Assembly (NCBI GenBank): GCA_041657425.1
Contig: JBBABY010000009.1
Location: 1 to 32,000 of the forward strand
DNA: 32,000 nt
Direction: 5' to 3'
From: an archaeon
GTDB lineage: Archaea > Iainarchaeota > Iainarchaeia > Iainarchaeales > CSSED10-239
Each line of letters starts with the position of its first letter. Position 1 is the stretch's first letter. Made by a program: the position numbers and the translations under genes. Positions 15,301 through 22,545 of the stretch are shown here, in pieces. Under the pieces are notes generated by a model that was given only the letters and a program-made list of their open reading frames with translations, made no database searches and was not told the DNA's origin.

Positions 15301-18300
15301 ACCAGTCGCAATCCGACAAGTCTATTAAGAAGGCTAGAGAAGATATAGATAAACTAAACGCTTCTCGTAGGACCACAGGTGATCTATCTAAGGTTCCACA
15401 GTCTCCTAATATAAGCAATATTGGAACCATGAAGAGTCTTGATGACATCGTTGCCACCCCAAGGATCATGGGGCAGCTAACAGCTTATGGCCAGGAGACT
15501 TCAGATACTGTTATCGCTGAAGCTCAGCTTGAACATAAGATCTTCAAGTCAACCTTTAGAGACTACAATGCTGATATTGAGAAGAGCGTGGGCGATATTG
15601 TTGCGGAGGCCCGCAAAGACATCTATGCCAATCCTAAGTATTACTCTATGGATAGGGCTTATCCTACCTACAAGTTATACTTCAGGGAAGAGAATGCCCC
15701 ACAGTGGTTCTTGTTCGACAACTTCTTCGACTATAGATCACTAGAATCTATAAGGTTCTGGAGAGAGAAAGCTTCTCCGGTAGCCCGTTGTCATATCGTT
15801 CTTAATGACACTAACGGAACCCTAACTGATATTAAGGCCCTACTAGCCAAGGAATCATTCAATCCTGAGACTAGGAATACTAACGAGAGTCTAACAGATG
15901 CATCTGGCGAGAAGCCAATGCAGACACTATTCCTAACTCCAGGTACACAAATTCAGCTCAAGGTTGGATATGCAACTGACCCGGCCAACCTAACAACCCT
16001 GTTCAACGGGTTTATCACAGACGTATCTCCTGGTGAGAAGTACGAGATCATCTGCGACAGTTATGGCCTAGAGTTACTCAACGACGCCGATATGGGAATG
16101 CTAACAGGCTGGCTATGCCCGCCCAAGGCATTCATCTGGATGATGCTTCTAGACCCCAAGGTCAAGCACTTGGGAACACTATTCACACCATCCACACTGC
16201 CCACAGGCCTAAGCGATTGGTTCGATGGCCCTAGCTTCGACGACAACATCTACATTAATGAGCGCCATGAGCCTGATAAGATCCGTCTATTCCAGGCATA
16301 CAACGCTGATGGAATGAAGAAGTGGGACGTTCTTCAGGACATCGCTGCGGCACATCCTGGATTCATATGCCAGACAGCTGTCTTCGACGATCGCGAGACG
16401 GTCTTCTTTGGGCGCCCCGACTTCAACTATGCCTATACATCCGATCTAGGTACAGTTAGCTACTACCCAGATCTAAGCAATGAAGAGATAACTAAGGCCA
16501 TGAAGGCTGTTGCTGGAGACTATTTATCTGGAGCAGCTCCTCAAACTGCCTTTGGGAAGAGCTACGTAGCTAGCTCCCAGAGCCAGGATATCGCTAACTA
16601 CAACCAGAACAAAGAGAACATCGAGAACGCCCGCAAGCTTCTCGATGAGATTGGCAAGGATCCTAGCCAAGTAATTGGGTTTAACTATATGCAGTGGATG
16701 CCCTTACAGAAAGCCATCGATTCAACCATCCAGTTGTATCATGATAATCTATACAACGACTATCAAAATAACACCAAGGCTGGTGTGTTTGAACTAGTCA
16801 AAGAATACTGTAGATGCGTAGATCAGCTAAGTCAATTAGCTGCAGATATACAAACCCATGGTAACGTAGAGTATGACCTATTTGGTGGAGCCATGACGCC
16901 CGAGGCCAAGAAGAAGAGGGACGAACGCCGTAGGGCTACTATGGTTACCAAGCCCGCGGACATCTCTCTCTTCGATGTAACCGAAGCATCGAATAGAGCC
17001 CGACTAGATACCGAAGGCACAAAGGTCAAAGGCTTAGACGGTCGCAACCAGATCCTCGATAAGAGACTGGCCGTACTATTTGACAAGCTTAAGGTCTATG
17101 CTCAGCAGAATGGCTGGGTCATTGAGCTACGCGAGGGCTATAGAAATAAGCAAGATCAGGAAGCGGCTCTAACCGCTGGCTATAGCAACGCCATCTACGG
17201 CTTATCTCCTCATAGCTACGGTTTGGCTTTCGATATTGCGCTTCTATATAACAGCAGCTATTATCCTGGAGACGAAGCACTCCCCGGCGAAGTGGCAACT
17301 ATCTTTGAAACGCTAGGAGACTATGCCGAACTGTCTCTAGGTATGACATGGGGTGGTAGGTTCTCAAATCTCTATGACCCTCCTCACTTCGAGTTAAAAG
17401 GCTGGACTTCTGATAAGGCATATACAGATGCCAAAGCCATGGCAAAGTCAGCAAGAGCCGAAGAGCTCAAGCAGGCTCAGGCTAGCTCTAAGAAGAAGAT
17501 GGACGAGATTACCAAGCAAGGCAAAGCCGAAGGCGACGATAAGAGCAACCTTGATACAGCAACTATAGAACAAGGTGCTGGTAAGATTATTGAGTATAAT
17601 CCGGAAGACTATATCCGTGTGGCAAGACTAGAGAAAGAAGTTAATCTCCTTGGCTTAGCAGAGGCAGACTATCTGCCCATAGTTAGCGCAGGGGAGTCTT
17701 CGCTGCCATGGTATGACCTTCTCTTTGATGCGGGCACTAGCTCTGTAATTAAGGGATCCTCTGTTACATCTTTCGTTCCTCTAGTCTTCTTCCAACAGGA
17801 CTCAGATGTATGCCAACTTGTATACCAGGGCACAGGCGCCTGGGACTCTATCAAAGCTTTATCAACAGGCATGGATACAGGAGTAGTACAAGGTACGCCT
17901 AACTTAGTTGACCTGCAGAATGCAGCCAAAGCCCTTGAAGACAATATGAACCAGCAAGGTTCATCCGATGACAGAGACAAGCTTCTAGAACAAATGCGTG
18001 GCGCAGGAGCTTCAAGTAAGAAGGCTCAGTTTGCTGATACCTCAAAGAAGCTACAGGTCTTGAAGTTCTGGGATACAGATTCCAGTGATGTTGTAAAGGC
18101 AACCTCTAATGTCTATCAGAAGATAGGCATGCAATCTCCAATGGTTATCTACTTATGGAGAAGGATCCATGAGATCCTGGCCAAGCTAAAGGCCATTAGT
18201 GATCTACGGAACTCAGAGACTGCCCAGCTAAGTAACCTGTTTGAATGGCAGGGAAAGCTAAAGGTAGCCGTTGCGAATGCCTATTCGTCCAAGACTACCG

Positions 18301-20003
18301 AAGATCTGTTCATGAATGATGGATCAGCCGGCATGGTCATTGATCTGGGGACACCAGTCTTCTCTATTGTTGATAGACCATCAGATCCTCATATCGCAGT
18401 AAGGCAAGCGACCCCATCTAGTAAGGCAGATATAATCTCCTTCAGAGGTAGGATCTCAGAGACAGACCTCCAAGCCCACGTCGCTCTCAAGAACCTACTA
18501 CTAACTACTCTCTTGAATATGGATCCAAGACTACAAACTATGATGGCTGTAGCTGGCCGCCCGCCTACCAAGAGAAGGTTCCGCAGGTACCATGTTGTAA
18601 CTAGTTATGAGCACATAGTCAACAACAATATCAAAGCCACCTATGCCAACATGTGGAACAAGGTTAAAGTTATGTACAAGAGGCACGACCTCTTGTTAGA
18701 TTACTATATCCCTATTCTCCCAACACTTATCTTTGGTAGCAAACCCAGCAATCAATTTAACATCCAGGCTGGACAGACTCTAGATATGCGCGTAGTACGA
18801 GAGATTACTGTACCTATTGAGAATGCCAGGACTATCGGGCAGGCCCGTGCTTACGCCACATCTATCCTTGCCGAAGGGGTTCGCAATATGTATACTGGGA
18901 CCCTAACAATACTGGGCAACCCAGAGATCAAGCCTCATGATATTGTGTATGTATATGATGACTACACCAACATGTATGGACCCATAGAGGTCAAGAGTGT
19001 AAACCATATCATGTCAGCAGAGACGGGATTCATAACAATCATTGAGCCACATGCATACGTAGAACCACTTGGAGTTTCGTTCTCTAGACTAGCCCTTATT
19101 ATTGACATCATTGATACAGCATTAATCTTCTGGGCAGCTGGTAAGTTCGTCGCCGGTGGAGTAAGAGCAGCATGGCTGATTGGCAGAGAGGGCTGGGCTA
19201 AGGGCTCAGAGATCTTAGCCACAAGAGCAGCCAAGGAGATGGGGGCCAAGGTAGCAACAGCAGAAGCAGCTACTACTGAGTTATGGGCTGTTGCCTCCAA
19301 GAATACAACCCCTATTCGGAGACGTGCCTTAAGCAAGGCCCTACGTCGTAATGTTAATAAGCTTATTACAGACGAGAAGGCCGAGGGCGTTATGAAGGTT
19401 GCCCGTGAGAAGCTTCAGGGCCCACTGGGCACAGTAAAAGCCGAGGAACGCATCCTAGAAACTCTGAAGAGTGCGCGCCGTCTAAAGACTAAAAACACAC
19501 CCGCCCCCACTAAGACTATCTTTGAGCCGCCTAATAAGATAGAGGACTTTACAGGCGATGAGATACGAGAGGCACTCCAACACCTAGGCGTTGACCAGGC
19601 TGTTATCCAAAAGCTTTCTCGTACATCAGCACTTGAGACACTTGGAATGGCTAAGGATGTTGTTAAAAGGGTAGCCCAAAATCTGGGCAAGGATCCAAAG
19701 ACAGCCAAGCTCTTCCATCTAGGAATAATGCAGAAGCTCATGGTCCTAGGCCTTGGTCTTGGGGTCGGATACTTCTATATCTTTGCAGGCAAGGATGATA
19801 AGAACTATGCTTGCCCTCTCAAGATTACCCCGCTATCATATAAGGGCTCGCCTTATACAGCAGGGCTTGAAGGCCTAACCCACAAGGGTGGGGTCATGAA
19901 CATGGTCAAGGGAGAACTAAGAAGGTTCTGGGGATCTCTACAAACAGTCAACCAGGCCTTTGGATCTTGGTGGCGTAATAAGACATGGACGTTCGAGGAA
20001 TAA
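12357..20003 (+). CDS. giant baseplate hub fusion protein (2548 aa): gpD/gp27-like hub split by an insertion carrying an M15 peptidoglycan peptidase, with C-terminal membrane segments
   Basis: ATG 12357 lies 4 nt after the upstream tandem stop. Hub-like, M15 and membrane segments are detailed in the separate domain features. Its position immediately upstream of the spike, gp25-like and J-like genes matches Mu (gp44) and P2 (gpD) hub logic. Confidence 0.6.
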   Translation: MADKRSQEDIAVGSWTNEASNLPGATRLGYIWLNVPPISISYDLNTNNDTMMTMRQQGPSIIKTGRTMMTFEMQLVFTGRHMINTKLAPILAMIRRSPYTTISNETVAKILGETSQDADSLKGLVEIPIVVSGYTLNTEPSLPDTITMHLAFMIYNYTSFLKSWVYLKQGVRRDSNGRETAFREDGVPIIEPALSAEHSNLYTQWCDSLIKSKDDISSFMFDGEVAPTEIGASKKTRAGIKNESSYTDLQTRVDIKDRAVLRNGDAVIKVGDSFPNTPTNVTIGYHVYELSDALNLDLGAYQSKRTGEWIWTKEDMRRDIVGFIKDEFDVTVDAKENVETLVVKYREYLEELPVYNVAFKYIKKVSITNTSYRVIDGMSLRRSVPLSVLPLVSSPVPTVQYLGGATTDISFSITSTSEDDVRKLTTIFAKVEESCRNKIHHSGSQLIYVESDLANLNGTFVITTKGINAQSVPSLPGTFVMNVSLSEQTEVSRSLVMPEQYSTERRKAIIKDILTYYKKWDSSKIMAGDRYIFDKQKPSYIETILIPSLVRVIRNGYLRYLKEQNFGVATPGEDFLSAADLMSIQPETSSNVMQVQDERRAVNLSQEMQIGIEYETSTGFWTTEKMLGSSRLTSFMNPIWKIVTGQLGHHELIATSARNNRVWTGLIRWLITLLPPGSEKDQHGQMVTNEQKQIMGAVEAINKSDSRRLALLLRSPKLLDWEQRIMAGEDVALFESSKTINADAQIDFDSYKKYEYLYPKDKDGKPSFDDKKAVEDFESKKILSCYPDLGIPFRYACVNSKGEQLYTYVNVKEDNTKVRVKMGNSSIMRLDGTPSPATSLTIDLIARVGGARTRLKQPTDYTVSGVKVSFTTVPSRSDYEIEINYSTRKPVTLLATNPAFYLADQTLLDSQETQKLLAEKPADINAKHDTLGFNSPVTIERIFGTTVVPSNVISNTWSTSGVNQFSASLSMEDPAGNKVSADQSQSDKSIKKAREDIDKLNASRRTTGDLSKVPQSPNISNIGTMKSLDDIVATPRIMGQLTAYGQETSDTVIAEAQLEHKIFKSTFRDYNADIEKSVGDIVAEARKDIYANPKYYSMDRAYPTYKLYFREENAPQWFLFDNFFDYRSLESIRFWREKASPVARCHIVLNDTNGTLTDIKALLAKESFNPETRNTNESLTDASGEKPMQTLFLTPGTQIQLKVGYATDPANLTTLFNGFITDVSPGEKYEIICDSYGLELLNDADMGMLTGWLCPPKAFIWMMLLDPKVKHLGTLFTPSTLPTGLSDWFDGPSFDDNIYINERHEPDKIRLFQAYNADGMKKWDVLQDIAAAHPGFICQTAVFDDRETVFFGRPDFNYAYTSDLGTVSYYPDLSNEEITKAMKAVAGDYLSGAAPQTAFGKSYVASSQSQDIANYNQNKENIENARKLLDEIGKDPSQVIGFNYMQWMPLQKAIDSTIQLYHDNLYNDYQNNTKAGVFELVKEYCRCVDQLSQLAADIQTHGNVEYDLFGGAMTPEAKKKRDERRRATMVTKPADISLFDVTEASNRARLDTEGTKVKGLDGRNQILDKRLAVLFDKLKVYAQQNGWVIELREGYRNKQDQEAALTAGYSNAIYGLSPHSYGLAFDIALLYNSSYYPGDEALPGEVATIFETLGDYAELSLGMTWGGRFSNLYDPPHFELKGWTSDKAYTDAKAMAKSARAEELKQAQASSKKKMDEITKQGKAEGDDKSNLDTATIEQGAGKIIEYNPEDYIRVARLEKEVNLLGLAEADYLPIVSAGESSLPWYDLLFDAGTSSVIKGSSVTSFVPLVFFQQDSDVCQLVYQGTGAWDSIKALSTGMDTGVVQGTPNLVDLQNAAKALEDNMNQQGSSDDRDKLLEQMRGAGASSKKAQFADTSKKLQVLKFWDTDSSDVVKATSNVYQKIGMQSPMVIYLWRRIHEILAKLKAISDLRNSETAQLSNLFEWQGKLKVAVANAYSSKTTEDLFMNDGSAGMVIDLGTPVFSIVDRPSDPHIAVRQATPSSKADIISFRGRISETDLQAHVALKNLLLTTLLNMDPRLQTMMAVAGRPPTKRRFRRYHVVTSYEHIVNNNIKATYANMWNKVKVMYKRHDLLLDYYIPILPTLIFGSKPSNQFNIQAGQTLDMRVVREITVPIENARTIGQARAYATSILAEGVRNMYTGTLTILGNPEIKPHDIVYVYDDYTNMYGPIEVKSVNHIMSAETGFITIIEPHAYVEPLGVSFSRLALIIDIIDTALIFWAAGKFVAGGVRAAWLIGREGWAKGSEILATRAAKEMGAKVATAEAATTELWAVASKNTTPIRRRALSKALRRNVNKLITDEKAEGVMKVAREKLQGPLGTVKAEERILETLKSARRLKTKNTPAPTKTIFEPPNKIEDFTGDEIREALQHLGVDQAVIQKLSRTSALETLGMAKDVVKRVAQNLGKDPKTAKLFHLGIMQKLMVLGLGLGVGYFYIFAGKDDKNYACPLKITPLSYKGSPYTAGLEGLTHKGGVMNMVKGELRRFWGSLQTVNQAFGSWWRNKTWTFEE
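15639..16430 (+). other. gpD / Mu gp44 / gp27-like hub domain, N-terminal part
   Basis: The segment YYSMDRAYPTYKLYF...LESIRFWREKASPVARCHIVLND...PGTQIQLKVGYATDPANLTTLFNGFITDVSPGEKYEIICDSYGLELL...WDVLQDIAAAHPGFICQTAVFDDRETVFFGRP follows the recognisable late-control-D / VgrG-N pattern. That pattern is a subject strand, then xVxLGY...LFxGxIt...G...I...d, then a wDxLxxlA...g...F block. Confidence 0.5.
17052..17405 (+). other. peptidase M15 (VanY / L-Ala-D-Glu peptidase, Peptidase_M15_4-like) domain
   Basis: Motifs present are ILDKRLAVLFDKLKVYAQQNGWVIELREGYRNKQDQ, SPHSYGLAFDI (H1619 and D1626, H-x6-D) and GMTWGGRFSNLYDPPHFELKG (H1677). This is the S-x-H-x-x-G-x-A-x-D plus WGG...D-x-x-H zinc-ligand signature of the M15 cell-wall peptidases found in many phage lysins. 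Confidence 0.8.
18572..19068 (+). other. gpD / Mu gp44-like hub domain, C-terminal part
   Basis: IGQARAYATSILAEGVRNMYTGTLTILGNPEIKPHDIVYVYDDYTNMYGPIEVKSVNHIMSAETGFITIIEPHAY matches the characteristic C-terminal gpD pattern (A...a...l.....tG.l.l.Gnp.l..g..v.......g.y.v..V.H......Gf.T.i.). It lies about 700 aa downstream of the N-terminal hub part. Confidence 0.45.
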
Positions 20004-20012
20004 GGAGACGCA

Positions 20013-20816
20013 ATGAGCCAGACCATATCCCAGAAGATGCGTAATAACAGCAGGCTAGAATCAGACAGGAATCCAAAAGATATCCCTGTCTTTATAGACT
20101 ATATCAACGTGGACCAATCTATTGCTACTGTACGCATTGTAGGAAGTGATGAGAATAAGAGTCTAGAGCTACCTGTGATCATGGTAGACCCAGACTATAT
20201 CCGTGGCCCCATTAATGTCTCTAACTATAACGGAGTACTCGAAGGCGACCCCAAAGCTCCAACAGGCGTACGCCTTATCAAGAAGGCAACCGTCGAGCCT
20301 AATATTCGACACGGTGTATCACAGGCACTATATGGATCTGCTAGCGGCAGAGCCCAAGAACCTGTAGATAGGGTAGTCGGCAGGACTGCCAAGAACGCTA
20401 CCCAGAAACAGAACCATGAGAATTTACCTAATGGGCAGATGATAGTCATCAAGCCGCCTAGGCAATTGCCTGTTCATTATAAGGGTAGAAACCCCTTTGT
20501 TAATGATTCCCCTGCAGATCTACTAGATGCCGCCGGGGCCCATATCTTAGTCTCAGAAGATGAGGCCAGGCTAATTGCTGACCCTGGGAATGGTATAGTT
20601 GTCAACTCAAGATCTGGTATCAATATGGCAGGGAAGGTAAATATAGGCACATCCATTCAGGATGTTAGGATCGGCGGCGCCTGGAGGTTCAATCCTATGC
20701 TTCAATTCCAAGTACCATCTACCGCGGTTACCCCTATCCCTACCCTGCTTTATGACTACCCAGGTAAGGATATACTCGGTGGAGTAGATAAGTATATAGA
20801 TGCAATGAATAGCTAA
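20013..20816 (+). CDS. baseplate central spike-like protein (P2 gpV / Mu gp45 position), 267 aa
   Basis: AAGGAG (20002-20007) lies 5 nt before the ATG. The N-terminal segment IPVFIDYINVDQSIATVRIVGSDENKSLELPVIM looks like a gpV-type OB-fold. The C-terminal part has a short-strand pattern (ILVSEDEARLIADPGNGIVVNSRSGINMAGKVNIG). It sits between the hub and the gp25-like gene. The stop is TAA followed by an in-frame TGA. Confidence 0.4.
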   Translation: MSQTISQKMRNNSRLESDRNPKDIPVFIDYINVDQSIATVRIVGSDENKSLELPVIMVDPDYIRGPINVSNYNGVLEGDPKAPTGVRLIKKATVEPNIRHGVSQALYGSASGRAQEPVDRVVGRTAKNATQKQNHENLPNGQMIVIKPPRQLPVHYKGRNPFVNDSPADLLDAAGAHILVSEDEARLIADPGNGIVVNSRSGINMAGKVNIGTSIQDVRIGGAWRFNPMLQFQVPSTAVTPIPTLLYDYPGKDILGGVDKYIDAMNS

Positions 20817-20825
20817 TGAATACCT

Positions 20826-20834
20826 TGTTATAAT
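20826..20834 (+). promoter_or_regulatory. possible extended -10 promoter element (TGTTATAAT) in the 38-nt spike/gp25 intergenic gap
   Basis: TG (20826-27), n, then TATAAT (20829-34) is a perfect extended -10. The -35 is poor (ATGAAT, 20805-10). GGAG (20844-47) and ATG 20855 follow. Confidence 0.3.
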
Positions 20835-20854
20835 CCATATAGCGGAGTCCCCTA

Positions 20855-21271
20855 ATGCCCGGCCTATATACCACCCAAGACATATACATGACTGATAGCG
20901 GTGACTTCGCAGTCACTGAGAACGGTGACCTACGTTCATCCGATATGGATGAGACCGTCCGCCAAGAGGCTATTCTTACTCTGTATACGCCAGTCGGCGA
21001 GTTCGACTCCTTCCCTATTTATGGTTCTAAGCTAATGGACTTCATAGGTGAACCTAACTCCAGAGACAATGCTGCGCTTATGAGGAAAGAGGTTGTCCGA
21101 GCACTAACCCAACTAGGGTCATTCTCGGCCGATGATATAGAGGTAACTATAACCCCCATTGGTATCGACGACGTTCTTATCAACCTAGACATACAGAATG
21201 TACTAGGCATTGGGGAACAAAGCCTAACCATTGACTTTAACTATATCAAGGGCATCCAGATAACCAATTAA
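20855..21271 (+). CDS. baseplate wedge protein, gp25 / GPW / XkdS (DUF2634)-like, 138 aa
   Basis: GGAG lies 7 nt upstream of the ATG. The N-terminal DIYMTDSGDFAVTENGDL, followed by ETVRQEAILTLYTPVGEFDSFPIYGSKLMDFIGEPNS...MRKEVVRALTQ, matches the conserved gp25/W core (Q.i...L.TP.GE....P.YGS.L.d.ig.p). Its size and its position before a J-like gene fit. Confidence 0.7.
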   Translation: MPGLYTTQDIYMTDSGDFAVTENGDLRSSDMDETVRQEAILTLYTPVGEFDSFPIYGSKLMDFIGEPNSRDNAALMRKEVVRALTQLGSFSADDIEVTITPIGIDDVLINLDIQNVLGIGEQSLTIDFNYIKGIQITN

Positions 21272-21281
21272 GGATAGGCAT

Positions 21282-22538
21282 ATGGCAAACGTAACAATCA
21301 AAGATGAAGACCAGATGAGTACAGAAGCTCTTCGGCTTCTGCAAGACAATACTCAGATCACAAACGTCTCAGATGGCACCCTCGCCAGAGCCTTGATCCG
21401 TGCTATTAGTGATATGCATGGAAAACAATATCGTATCCTTACGCGTGAACTAGCCAATGGATTCTTAAGTACGGCAACTGGTGTATACCTTGATATGTTT
21501 GGCGTCCTATTAAGTACGCCTAGAGGTTCCAGTACTCTAGCCGGTAGAGAGAATGTACAGAGATTCTACTCCACTGATGGCCTGACACCTATAGCGAGCC
21601 TAGTAGGAGCCGGAAGTCTAGGCGGAGTTATTCCAGCTGGGACTATCGTTCAGTCTGGGAATGGCTCTATTCGCTACGAAGTTGTCTTCAATGTTCCCTT
21701 TAGCTCAACAGACCTTCAGGTTATGGCAACCGTTAGAGCTGTAACAGAAGGTGTAACTTCTAATGTTGGTACCAATATCCTCACCACGCATTCGCTAAGT
21801 GTTACGGGCTTATCTACCACAAACATTCTTGGTATCTCCAATGGCACAGATATACAAGGCGATAGTGAATATCGCTACATGCTATCCAAAGCGATCACAG
21901 CAGCAGAAGCCGCAAATGAGATCTCTATTAGACTGGCTGCCTTATCAGTAGCAGGCGTATCAGATGTAAGACTTCTTCCCTATTTCCATGGCGTTGGAAC
22001 ATTCACTGTTCTAGTAATAGGAACAACTCCAGTGGTATCAGCTCAAGTCCTAGAGGGTGTACGAGCTGCGGTATCTGGAGTAACTGCTCTCGGGGAGTTC
22101 TTCTCAGTCCGTGGCCCGAGGTATATAGGAACAGAGCTGCAGGCCAAGCTCATCTTTAGAGATGATGCCGATGAGACTGCAAGAACTAGCATAGCTGCTA
22201 GGGTAACTGATGTGCTATACGAATATATAAATAACCTACCCCTAGGCGAAGGTTTGGTATGGAATGAAATTATACAACGGATCATGGAGACTTCGCCACT
22301 GATCCACGATATTGATGATGATCCTGCCTCCGCCTCATGCCTCCGAGTGTGGACATGGACTCCGACTATTATGGATATCATAAACAATGTAGAGACATAT
22401 CACAGAGTCAAAGAAGAGCTCAAAGAGCCTACTCGTAACTACGAAGCTTATTCGGATGATAAGATGATCGTAGAGCAAGACCTTCAGGGTTTTGTTCATG
22501 AAGCCAACTTCACGCCTATACGCATTACCTGGGAGTAA
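21282..22538 (+). CDS. baseplate J / T4 gp6 / Mu gp47-like wedge protein, 418 aa
   Basis: AAGGA lies upstream of the ATG. The N-terminal TLARALIRAISDMHGKQYRILTRELANGFLSTATGVYLDMFGVLLSTPR matches the baseplate-J pattern (...y..l......f..tA.g..Ld..g...g..R). The size and the canonical position after the gp25-like gene both fit. Confidence 0.65.
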   Translation: MANVTIKDEDQMSTEALRLLQDNTQITNVSDGTLARALIRAISDMHGKQYRILTRELANGFLSTATGVYLDMFGVLLSTPRGSSTLAGRENVQRFYSTDGLTPIASLVGAGSLGGVIPAGTIVQSGNGSIRYEVVFNVPFSSTDLQVMATVRAVTEGVTSNVGTNILTTHSLSVTGLSTTNILGISNGTDIQGDSEYRYMLSKAITAAEAANEISIRLAALSVAGVSDVRLLPYFHGVGTFTVLVIGTTPVVSAQVLEGVRAAVSGVTALGEFFSVRGPRYIGTELQAKLIFRDDADETARTSIAARVTDVLYEYINNLPLGEGLVWNEIIQRIMETSPLIHDIDDDPASASCLRVWTWTPTIMDIINNVETYHRVKEELKEPTRNYEAYSDDKMIVEQDLQGFVHEANFTPIRITWE

Positions 22539-22545
22539 CTTCTAA

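Noticed and set aside
3265-20003. Inteins or homing endonucleases as the explanation for the extreme ORF lengths.
   Set aside because: I noticed no intein block A/B/F/G patterns (Cys/Ser...TxxH...HN-Cys/Ser/Thr junctions) and no LAGLIDADG, HNH or GIY-YIG motifs on reading the translations.
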